This document shows positions 44,965 to 56,839 of a DNA stretch of 64,000 nt, one piece after another (within the stretch, counting starts at the first letter, position 1; each line of letters begins with the position of its first letter). The position numbers and the translations under genes were made by a program. The notes under the pieces are model-generated. The model was given only the letters and a program-made list of their open reading frames with translations. It was not told where the DNA came from and made no database searches. This DNA comes from the human T2T-CHM13v2.0 reference genome, Homo sapiens. The stretch lies in assembly GCF_009914755.1 (NCBI RefSeq), contig NC_060928.1. One strand, given 5' to 3'.

Positions 44965-46200
44965 GATAAAGAAAAAGGTATATGACATTAGTTCGGGTAA
45001 TGATTTTTTAGGTTTGACTGTGAAAACATAGGCAACAAAAACAAAGATAAATGAGTGAGATTACATCAAGATAAAAAGTTTTCATATATTTAAAAAATTA
45101 ACAGAGTGATAAAAATATGTGAATTGGTAGAAAAAATTTGCAAGTCACACATCTGAAAGGTGCTTCATTTACAAAATATATAAAAACTCAAACACCTCTA
45201 TAGAAATAAAACAAGTAATTGAATTGAGAAACAGGCAAGGGACTTCAAAAGATATTCCTCAAGGGAAGACGTTAATAGTTGACAGATACATGAAAAAAAT
45301 GGCCAACATCACTAAACATTGGAGGATATCAATTAAAACCATAATGAATATCACTTCATATATTTTAGAATGGCTGTTATCAAAGGAACAAAAGAGAACA
45401 TGTGTTGGCAAGGATGTATATTGCACATTCTTGGTTGGAATGTGAATTATGTGAATTAGCATAACTCTTATGGAAAACAGTATGGGAGTTTTTCAAAAAA
45501 CAGAAAATAAAATTACCATATGATCCAGCAATCCCACTTCTGGGAATTTACCCCAAAGACTTGAGATCACTATAGTGAAGAGATATCTGCACTTCCATGT
45601 TCATTACAACACTACTTATAATAGCCAACTTATGGGATCAACCTAAGTATCTACCAAAGGATGAATTAAGAAAGAAAATGTGGTATATATGTACAATGGA
45701 AAAGTATTAGTCCTCAAAAAAAGAAGAAATTCTGTCATTTGAGGCAACATGAATAAAATTGGAGAATATTATGCTGAGTTAAATAAGTCAAACACAGAAA
45801 GACAAAAACAGCAATGTTCTCACTTATAGGTAAAATCTAAAGCAATTGAACTCATAGAAGCAGTGAGAAGAATGGTAGTCACTAGAGGCTGTGAGGTCAG
45901 ATAAATGAAATGGGAAGATGATAACCAAAGGGTACCAAGCCTCAGATAGGAAGAATAATTTTGATGTTTTTTTGAGAACAGTTGCAGAGTATGGTAAATA
46001 TAGCTAATAATTAAGTTCTGTAACTTCTATTTCACTAAGAGAGTATTTCTAATATTCTCATTACAAAATGTTAAATATTAGAGGTGACAGATATATTAAT
46101 TAGCTGACTTTAATCTTCCCACATGTATTAAAAATCATAACATCATTTTGTAATCTATATGTATATATACAGTTATGTGTCAATAGAGAATAAAAAAGAA
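44965..46200 (+). mobile_element. L1MA-type LINE-1 3' fragment
   Basis: ORF2 C-terminal-like CCATATGATCCAGCAATCCCACTTCTGGG...ATGTTCATTACAACACTACTTATAATAGCCAA, an L1MA-type 3' UTR and AATAAAAAAGAA. Confidence 0.85.
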
Positions 46201-49200
46201 AGTATAGAGATAAGTGATATACAAGACTCCTCTTTGAACACTGCTTTTAAAAGCCAGAGTGGCAAATTGGCCTATTAACTGATATAGAAATAGTTTGAAA
46301 AGTTGTTGAATACCTACATGATAAATACCATGACAATATCACAAAGGATAAAGTAGTGCTATATATTCACTACAAATATTCTGCATTAAAAGTTTCATAA
46401 TTCAATTTGAATGAAAATACACCCAGCTGGATTTATATATCAATATAAATGTAACTGTATAAACGTAGTAAAAAAAATCAGAAAAGAAACACCTACAGTT
46501 ATCATTTTGGGGAAGAATGTGGTATTTGGATTGAATGGAGAAAATTAAAACGGACTTGTGGCTGACTTTTTTTTGTTTCACATTTTTTTACTATTGTAAA
46601 ATGAAATACCAGAAATAAAATTAAAAGATAAAATCTCTAATGATACAATTTAATATGGTAATATTAGTTATTTATGAAAATTAATACTGAGGAGATTGTA
46701 TTATATTCTTTTTCTGCAGTGAAACTGCTTTGCTTTTGTGATAAAAATAATACAACAATTTTAATTTAAAGCAGGGATACTTGATGGCATCTATCAATTG
46801 TAATGCAAATGTGAATTCTTGGAATATCTGATGGTTGCACTAATACTGATTAATTTTCTAAAAAACTAAAAACATTTACAATAAAATGTAAGCCCAAATT
46901 ATGGCAAACCGTAAGTTGAAATTTGTTTGTAAGTGTAAACTGATAGTTTAAAATTAGATTTTGGTCTATTCATTCTAGGCAATGAAACATTACAGCAATT
47001 TTAATATAAATCTACTATGAGGCAGTCTTCCCCATATCTAAATTATATTTTCTTTCATCTGATTTTGGAAATTTGACAATAACATTATTAACTTTCTGTC
47101 TAGATCCGCTCCTCCTTCCTTCCTGTCTTCCCTTTCTTTTTGTCTTTTTACTGGAAAGATATGATTCTCAAATGTCACCTTTTCTGTTTACTGCTTTGGC
47201 GTAGCCTGGTCTCATGACACTATAAACAGAGAGTACTGGACATTAAACAAAGAGATAGTGCACTTACCTGGAAAGCTCACAAACCTTCCATGTACCTCTC
47301 TACCAACAATGTGCATTTTTCTACACTAGTTGGGTACTCTCTAAATGTTTCCTTAGCATTTCTTTAACAGACTGTTTCTTTTTTTTATCACCTCTGTGAG
47401 ATCTCTACAATTCACTTCTTTTCTGGGAGGCTCTTTTGTCAATTAAAAATAAAAAAGGTAAGTACTTTAAAGTGTTTTTAGCACTAAAATTCTCTATAAC
47501 ATGTGAAATATATGTGATTATTCCCCATGCACAGACAATACCTAACTTACAGCACTTTTATATTTTGGTTTATTTTACATAATATTTTTATATCAAGGTA
47601 TAGGCCAAAAACATTAGATAATTGATGTTTTAACTCATAATAGCTGAGCAAATGATGTCCAAGCAAAGAGTGTTGGGTAAAAATACACGCTGAGAAGAAA
47701 GTCAAACTAAGGTAGGTAGTTTAACATAGAGACTGACACTGCTGTAGCAGCTTCCCCATTTCTAAAGTAAGGATCACCAGTAGTGCTTTCCAATACTGTT
47801 GTTACTAAGATCAAATGAGTTTCTTCATGTAAAGCTGTGCCCCTACTATATAAAAAAAAAAAAATACTTCAATGCATTTATGCCAAAAATATCACTCTGA
47901 AAGCAAAGGTAGATTTAAATCAGAAAGACAAAATAAAATAAAACCTTCCTATGTATTTGTGGTTGGGGTGCAGGGTGGAAGTTAAGAAGGAGAAGTCTCA
48001 GAAACCAAACAGGCACGAAAGACTGCAATAGAACACATGTAAAATTGTTTGATACCACCTGCTGGTTATTGCTTGGAATGACAGAAACAAAAGATACTCT
48101 GATAACATGTGTTGGGTTTCCCCCGCTTCAGGCCAATGGATAAAAATTGAAAGGACAGAATATAACAAAGGTATGCACAAGACCAGGTTGTATATGCCTC
48201 TAGAAGGAAGTTCTACAGACTGCAAAACCTGAGCTATGCATACTGCAGCATTAGTAGAATGTGCACTCTCAGGTGCAAGAACCTTTGACATTTTGTTAAA
48301 TACCCTATCCCCCAAATAAAGTAAAATAAACATTTACAAATACAACCTCAGCATACTGTAAAAGGTTATAATTTTTAACACAGAGCTGTACTGCATCTGA
48401 ATGATAAAATCACTGGAATTTCTCTGTGTTAGAGAGAGAAATTAGAATTTGGATGACATATTTTCTCAAAAACCTTAACTCAAACTCACATCTTTAATAT
48501 TGGTGAGAATAAAGAAACAATTATGATCTAGAAGAAAATGTTTCAAAGGCTAATAATAATGTGGACAACACTGTTGAAGGAATCAAAATTGTTCTATTTA
48601 CCTAAATATATCACGGATTTAATTTATCCAAAACTCGTATCCCTCTCCTCACTTTTCTTCCTGAAGTCTTTCTCTCAGAGAAAGACTTCACAATTTAAAT
48701 GATGCCATTTTCATATTGGCATCAATGTGAAGCTGCAGAGATATAAAAATTTTGTCAGTCTAGGGAATTGTACATGCTGTTTACTCTACCTGGAGTCTTT
48801 TCACTGTCCCTTGTTTACCTGTTTTTTATTTAGCTACCTTCTATGTCTTTACTTAATAAATTATTATTAAGTGCCTACTAAATGTCAGGTACTTTTGTAA
48901 TAACTGAGAATACACCAATTAACAAAATTGCAAAGATTCCTGCACCCTAGGGTGCCAATTCTCCTAATGCTGCAGTATATATAGCTCAAGTTTTGCAATC
49001 TGTAGAATTTATTTCCTAAAGGCACACACAACCTGGTCTGATGCACATCTTTGATATATTGTCTTTTTCAATTTTTTGTTATTTGGCACAACTGTAAACC
49101 CCAATAAATTATATGGATTAGAGCCAGTGTGTCTTCTCCCCACAATGTAAGAATGTGCTTAGTTGAGGGTAGTGCTTCATTTGTTTTTTAATAAATTAAT

Positions 49201-49759
49201 AAATATTTATTGAAACCACCCCACCAGTAATCTGTAATCAATAAATATTTATTTTTTAGGATAATTGCAAGAAACCTATACTTTCTTTTATGAAGCAAGC
49301 ATAAATTTAGTCCCCACTTTGTGCTGAGCACTGTGGAGTTGTGAATGGAGTGTTAGCAAAGCCAGATAAGCTCTCTAAGAGATATTAAAAAATAAAAGTA
49401 CAAAACAACCCAACCTCACAACTGGACAAGGTTTAAGATGACTTATAATAGAGCAGCCCACCTTGAAATGGGGGTTGGGTAGGGCTTCCCTTAAGAAGTA
49501 GGGGCAAAGTTAACGGGGTTCCCCAGAAAAGGAAAAATAATCCTAAACTAGAAAACAGCATGTACAGAAAATCCCAGGAACATGGTGAAGCCCAGGGCAT
49601 TTAGGAGGAACAGACAGAAGGCTACAAGGCAGGAAGGCAAGAAATAAGGGTTTCATGAAAGAAGATGAGGCCAGAAAAGGAAGCAGGAGCCAGACTAATC
49701 AAAGCCTGTTTGATTATGCTAAGGTAATATCACTTACTTTCAAGAGCAATGGGAAACTA

Positions 49760-49920
49760 TTTTTTATTATAATGTAAGTTCTGGGGTACGTGTGCAGAAT
49801 GTGCAGGTTTGTTACACAGTTGTACACATGCCATGGTGGTTTGCTGCACCCATCAACCCATCATCTACATTAGGTATTTCTCCTAATGCTATTCCTCCCC
49901 TAGCCCCCCACCCCTGACAG
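49760..49920 (-). mobile_element. Very short 5'-truncated L1PA7-like 3' end
   Basis: TTTTATTATAATGTAAGTTCTGGGGTACGTGTGCAGAATGTGCAGGTTTGTTACA...CCATGGTGGTTTGCTGCACCCATCAACCC. Confidence 0.9.
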
Positions 49921-50237
49921 AAATTTAAACAGTGTAGTGGCATGATCAGTATTTCTTATTTAAAATATTACTTTGGCTATTATTTATTTTTAGTTAAGGT
50001 AGTATTGTTTTTCCTTCCCTAGTTGTTTTTAAGATTGTCTCTGTCTTTGGTTTACAGCACTTTGAATGTGATATGACTAGGCGTGATTCTTGTTGTTGTT
50101 TTTCATTTTTTAAATTTATCCTTCTTAGTGTTCTCTGAGATTTCTGGATATGTGGTTTTATTTGGAAAGTTCTTGGCCATTATTACCTCAAATATTTCTT
50201 CTCTGTCCTCACTTTCTTCTTTCTCTCTCTCTCCCTC

Positions 50238-50268
<31 letters not shown>

Positions 50269-50356
50269 ACACACTGTTCACACTGCAGATATATTTAGAC
50301 AGTCTCTCTATAGACCATTCATTGCATATATATATATATGCATATATATATATATA

Positions 50357-50404
<48 letters not shown>
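50238..50404. repeat. (TG)n and long (TA)n/(GA)n microsatellites
   Basis: TG run at 50238-50266 and TA run at 50326-50392 with GCA interruptions. Confidence 0.92.
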
Positions 50405-50979
50405 GGATACGTTTTGGAAAATGTATTAAGTTTTAGGAAATGTATTAAGCCAAGCACCAACTAAACACCATTCTCCGGAGTGAGAAGGTAAGAAAACAAA
50501 CAAGATAAGATGGAAATAAATTTTCTCCTTCTCTATCTGTCACTTAACGACTGTGGCACAAGACATCCAAGCACAGGATAGTCTTGGTATCAGAGACCTA
50601 GGTTTTCTGTTTCTTGTATCTCTGCCATATTTAAGGTGTTGGCCATGATCCTGAGGTTCAGGAAGGCTTGCCAACACTAGACTGCCTTCCAGCAAACGGA
50701 AAGTGGAAGAGGGAAGGAGAAGCATATCTATTCATTTTAAGGGCATGTTCCCGAGTTTAAGGGCATCTCCCTAAGATTTAGGTAACAAACTGAAAATTAT
50801 ACAACTAAGATTTATTCATATTTCTTTGAGAGCTTTACTCATATATCTTAGCTCCTATAGCTATAAGCGGGGGGGCAGAAGAATGTAGTCTTGATTTGAC
50901 ACACCCAGCTTGAATCTGGAATTCTATTATTCTGTAAGTTACTGGGAGACAGTAGTCATCTCTGACAGAAGGATTGCTG

Positions 50980-51190
50980 ATGAACATTTCTATGTATTAA
51001 TTTGTGTAGCTCATATAACAACCATGTAAGTAACATATAATTATTATTCTCATTTACAGATGAGCAAATTGAGTTTACATGAGGTGTAGTACCTTACTGA
51101 AGATCATACTGTTAGCAAGTAGTAGAGATTAGATACAAACCCAGGTAACCTAACTCAGAAGTCCACACTCTTTACTGCTAAATTATATTG
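50980..51190 (-). mobile_element. MIR SINE
   Basis: ATTCTCATTTACAGATGAGCAAATTGAG...GAAGATCATACTGTTAGCAAGTAGTAGAG. Confidence 0.7.
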
Positions 51191-53504
51191 CTGAATCTAT
51201 AAATGAGATTTTCTTTCAAAGACACTTATGTCTAAATTGTGTATTTTTCAATATAATTAATCTAACCCTTGCATTTTACTGGTGAAGTTGCTAAGATCTT
51301 TATGAATTTTAAAGTTGCATCATACATTAAAGTGTTTAAATTGCTTGAGAAGTGGCTATACATAGAGAAAAATGGGCCTTAAAGGCAGGCAAGAGTTTGA
51401 ATTCTGCTTGTGCCACAGCAATGATGTGACTTTGCTAAACTGCAGACGCTTCCTCCATCTGCAAAAGGGAAATGATATTTTGGGGGTTGTTGGAAGGAAA
51501 ACCTATAAGCATACGTGCCTTAAATACAGAGTTGCCCACAAATGTTAAATTCTCCCCTCTCTACTTCCTTTCTGAGCCTCAGTGGCTTTATCTCTAAAAT
51601 GGGAATTAGAATATGCAGCTTATGTAATTCCAAAGATTAAATGATGTATGCAGAGGCCCTATGTAGAATCTGTCAAGTAGAGAATCCTATAGCTTCCCTG
51701 TTATTTCTAATTGGGGGTCTACAATTAGACCCCCAAATTGTAGACAAAGATGCTAAGAAACCAAAACCAAGGATGCAAGAGTCCCATCTAGTGGTGGTTT
51801 AAGAAAAATCAAAAGACACTTAGAAATTGCACTGCTTAAATGGATGCCTAGGAAGCATTGGGCAGTTTTATTTTAGTTAATTCATTTCCCACCTTGGGAA
51901 AGAATTTAACGCGGCTCTCGTGGAAAAAGAAAGGCTTCTTGAACTGGATTCCCCTTCATTCTTCCATTGTTCCAAAAGAGCACAGAATCTCTTCTGAGTG
52001 GATTCACCTATTTCTGGTCTCATTAAACCCATCATCTTAATGACCAAACTACTCTGTTCCTCGATTTTTAAAAGGATATGATTCAGATCCTTAATTAGGC
52101 ATAATTTGATAGTGATGTTATAAAATGGATTTAGCAGGCTTTTTAACTTTTTATGACTTAATCTTAACCAATCTCTTGCAAGAACAACCCATCAAATCAT
52201 AATCTACAACATTTGAGAGGTGATTTCCAAGAAATCTATTGTGATTCACATCAAATGAAACCAGTTATGACCTAGAGGTTCTGCATTAAGGTAAGGGTGG
52301 ATCTAAATATGGACAAAGATGGCAGACCAGGGGTATCGCTCCAGGATCCCTGCACCTGTGCCCCTCTATAGAAGAGGTTCAACCTGATGTGACTATAAGA
52401 ACCACTATTATATTCCAATTTCATGAGTTTAAAATAACATATTCATAATAATGAAAAGCAGACAATAAAATAGCAGGAGACCATCAAAAACCTTAACCTA
52501 TATAAACCGCCCCAATGTTATCAAATTATTTTTCTATTTCACTCTTGTAAGTTTCATTGCCATAAAATGCAGTGTGACTGGTCCTATGTTAATAGTTTTA
52601 ATGATTTCTTATAGCTCCTTGAGGTGATTTAACTGAGGAGATACGTTATTTGTGATAAATAGTACATCATTAGAGAATTTTTATCACAAAAATTCACCCA
52701 ACTGGAAATTATTTTCTTGAAATACAAAAACCTATTTGAAAATAAAGGATAGCTTTTATTATTTATTTGGGAGTTATAAAACAAACAATAAAAATGCACT
52801 CAAAATTTGGCTGCAGTGAAAGTAAATATTTTACTATCTAGTGATAACCTTAGCCTTATAAAAAGTAGAATAATGAGAGTGGAAAAGTCGATATTTTCTA
52901 CATTTCTTAAAGCTTAAATGAAGAAAATAAACATTACTCTTACCAAAAATAATCAAATCCAAAGAAAACAAGAACAAAAAAACTATTCTCTTGAAACACT
53001 TGAAACATGCTTCATATATTCAATAAAGTTATAAAGCTGTCACAGATGAGTTCCAAGAAAGAGTACGTTATGGAGAAATGGGTTTACTGAATGTAGTCAA
53101 AAGCAGTAAATTCTTCACTCAGATTACAGGGACATAGGCATTTTTAAGCAAAGTTAACCTAGACATGGGTTAACTAGGTTAATTTCCCTTAAAAATGTAC
53201 AATACGACACCTGGGCAAGACTGAATTTGGAAAAGCCACTTTATAAGATTAGTTGTTGTAGTATCATCTGATAGTGACAATTTCTACTACAGGGCAAAGA
53301 ATCTGAAATCCTTCTATAAGCAGCTGCTGACAGATAACAGTTAACTAGGAGAATTCAAATCTAAAATTCACCTCAAGTTCTGATGGAGATTTAGTAATTC
53401 TGACTCTCAAACAGAAACATAAAGAAGTCACCAAGAGCATTACTGACTTCAGGCTCAAAAAAAAAAAAAAAAAGAGCGTAGTTTGATGTCATAATGATGT
53501 AATA

Positions 53505-53745
53505 GAAAAAGTGAAAGCATTAGAGTCAGGGAGATCTAATGTCAAATTTTCTCTTTGGTGCTGACCTGCTGTTTGATAATAGAGTAGGATTTTAACACCT
53601 GTGTGTCTCAATGTTTTTGTCTGGAAAATGGGGATAATGTCACTTTCCTAACTGGGGATTTTTTTTTCAGAATTAAATAATGAGTTAATCTGAAGTGTCT
53701 AACAGAGTATATGGAATATAAAGGGTATTAAATAAATGCTACTTT
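53505..53745 (+). mobile_element. MIR SINE
   Basis: TTAGAGTCAGGGAGATCT...TTAACACCTGTGTGTCTCAATGTTTTTGTCTGGAAAATGGGATAAT. Confidence 0.7.
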
Positions 53746-56700
53746 TATTTTTACCATCATTATTGCTATATAAATTTTAGTGTAGGAAGTAGGAGTGGGT
53801 TTCCTTCTCTCATGACTTAAATGGTCATAACTGCATGTCCTGGTCAAAATCTAAAAATTAAAAAGAAATCACCAAAAAACAATTGCATATACTTTTAATT
53901 CCCCCCTATGTCCTTACTGTGAGGAGATAATAATTCGTGTGAATTATTATCACAATTCATTATTCATAATTCGTGTGAATTACAAATCAAGTCAGGCCAC
54001 CTATATTCCTGAAACAACTTCTCAGGCTGCCTCTAGACTAGAATAATCAAGGCTCTCTAATTTTCCTTGCCATGGCTTATTAATGTATTTTGCTTCAGAC
54101 ACTTTCCTAATTGGCAGTGAGCTAACTGGGATGAGACTCTGACAACAGCAGGGAGGAGGGCTGCTGGTGGGCTGGCAGCTTGCATCTGATTATCAAGTGC
54201 TGCCTTGTGCCAAAGTCAATTCTGGGATGCCAGGTGTGCCTCCTGTTAGCACTCCCAGCCCATGCCTTGTGGAAGACTGATTTGGAATGAGTTTCTGCCC
54301 TGTACAGGTTATGTACTCATTGATTTCCTATCCTACTACCACCCAGGCATTCTGCTCCTGCTGCCACCTTCTCACTTACTTTTCCAATTAAAACCGTCTA
54401 TATCTATCTCCGTCTAAGGCTGCCTCAACTCTTTAGCTTGGACAAGCTGGAGCTGTACTCATGTGACTTTCTGATTGTCTCTCTCTTTGCATTATTTTGT
54501 TTTGATCAGTTCTTACAGAATGTCCTTTCCTATCTCTGCATGACCTTATCCATGGGCTGCAAATTCAAATGTCCACAGGGACCGGGCAGGAAAGATAAAC
54601 TGGTAATGTGGGCAACAGTGTGGAAAGGGCTGCAGCAAGCTAGAGAGCACGTCTAAAGGCAGCTGCTGCTATTCAGTCCCAGTTGAAGGTTGTCAATGCA
54701 AGAATATGAGTCCCTGCTTTACCAGATCTCCTGATATTTCATTGCCTATTTTTAATCAATGAAAATATTAGCATATATACATATGCAAATTCATACATGT
54801 ATTTTTGTGTATGTAATCTATATCTACTTATCTATCTAGCTAGACAGTTTTCATGTCTCATGTAACTCTATCTTACTCAGTAGATAGTCAGATATAAAAA
54901 ATGTAAGAAGTAGTTTTGTATACAAATATGGAAAGTAGTTGAAACTTTTTAGTTCTGAAGATTAAGAGCCCAGGATAAAGAAATTTTAATTCAAGAAAAA
55001 CATACACACACACTTATACACACTCACACAATAGTTGGATCCATAGTATATTCTACAGTGTCCTTGGTTCTCAGAAAATATCCAAACTTTCTGTTTGTTG
55101 AATTAAAAAAACAAAGGTATATGTTGACTTTAAATTTAAGAAACCCTTCACACATATGGTTCCATGGATCATCTTAGGATCCCTATGGGGTAGATAGCAT
55201 ATGCTGTACATCAATTTAAAGTAGAGAAAATCTAGAGTTTAGAGAGGTAGTATAACTTACTCAAGCTAAACATGAGGTCAGAATCTGACATAAGCTTCCT
55301 TCATTCCTGGTGCAATATTCTTTCAAACAGGTAGTAAGTGCTTATAGGGCTATTTGTCTTATTATTAAAAGATTAACTCTATATTGCTTGCTTCAGATCA
55401 TGACCCTCTTTATGGTACAATAATATCATTATTAAGGACTTTCTGCCTACAAAATTGTTTCCCAAAAGTTGTAAAGAAATGTTCTTTTTCTTCTATCAAT
55501 TTTTCTGATCACATACAATATATAGCTGTGTTTCATATAATGAGTATGTGAGCCCATTTCCTTATAGATTTCAAGGACTATATGAAGAAGCATGGCTTTC
55601 ACTCACCAATTACACTGAAAACAAGTATTTCTAGCTTTAAATAACTAGTTGGGAGGAAAAAGGAATGTTCCAGAGTAGAATTAAATGTTAACAGTAGAGA
55701 TTAGACGATGGTGAGGGAAATAGAATGAAGGGAAGGTAAAAATAAGAGATGGGAAATAAAAGAGTAATGGTATCAATAAAGGTATGAAGGAGGCAGATAT
55801 ATTGATAACATAAGATGATAATTTAATAATTATATATTTAATATTTGGTTTTATATTATATACTATATGTATAATAAAGTGAATTATCAAAACAGAAAGT
55901 GGTTTTGGGAACTCCCAGAACTTACAGTTAGTGTCAGAGTGACAGCAGCTTTGTGCGCCGTGTTTCCCATAAACTTCATAGTCAGCTAATCAATTGCAAT
56001 GAGTAAATTTAATTTATTTTCTGTCCGATATCTATTAAAACTTCTTTTTGATACAGCACTCTGATTTCCTATGGCTAACTACCTGATATACACTTTGCAT
56101 TTATATAGATTTGCTCTTGCTAACTTAACTCCCGTTGAATTGATGAATGTAGGTGTTTACTTATCATCTGTGTATGAATGTATAAGCCAATTTATATTTA
56201 TTTATCTATATATCTGTCTGTATCTATTACCTCTGTACAAGACTATCTAAAATCACTTTCCACTTACTTATTGTCTCACACCTATATAAAATTTTTAAGC
56301 ACTGTAGTTTTATATGACAAAATCTGGCAATGGATATTCTCTTTTCATCTCTTTTTTTAAATTTTTTTTATTTTTTGCATCACAACTGTGTTCTTCCATA
56401 TAAAGAGTTATATTAAACAGAGTCATATTGATATGTCATAAAAAATCTTACGTGGAAATATGTCTTTATATATTAAAATATTCATACATTCAAATATATA
56501 TTTCACAGTAAAGTTTTACAGATTCATTATTTGGACTATCCTAACATAGTTTCTGTTCACTACTGTCTTCCCCTTTAAATAGTCCAACTCATGATTGCTA
56601 TTATGCAGGAAACTTAGGGATCATGTGTGCTAAGTGGTTCTAGTCACTTTGATGAAACCACTTATTAATTCTAAGAATTTAGATTTCTTTGATTTTCTTT

Positions 56701-56839
56701 TGGAATATACTATAATCTATAGTGGATTATAGTGGAAACGGAAATTGCATTCCACTACTTATAGATTATATAAGTAGTACTTATAGATTGTATAAGTTTT
56801 CGAATGGATTTTTTTTCTTATCCAGCATGTATCAATCTA

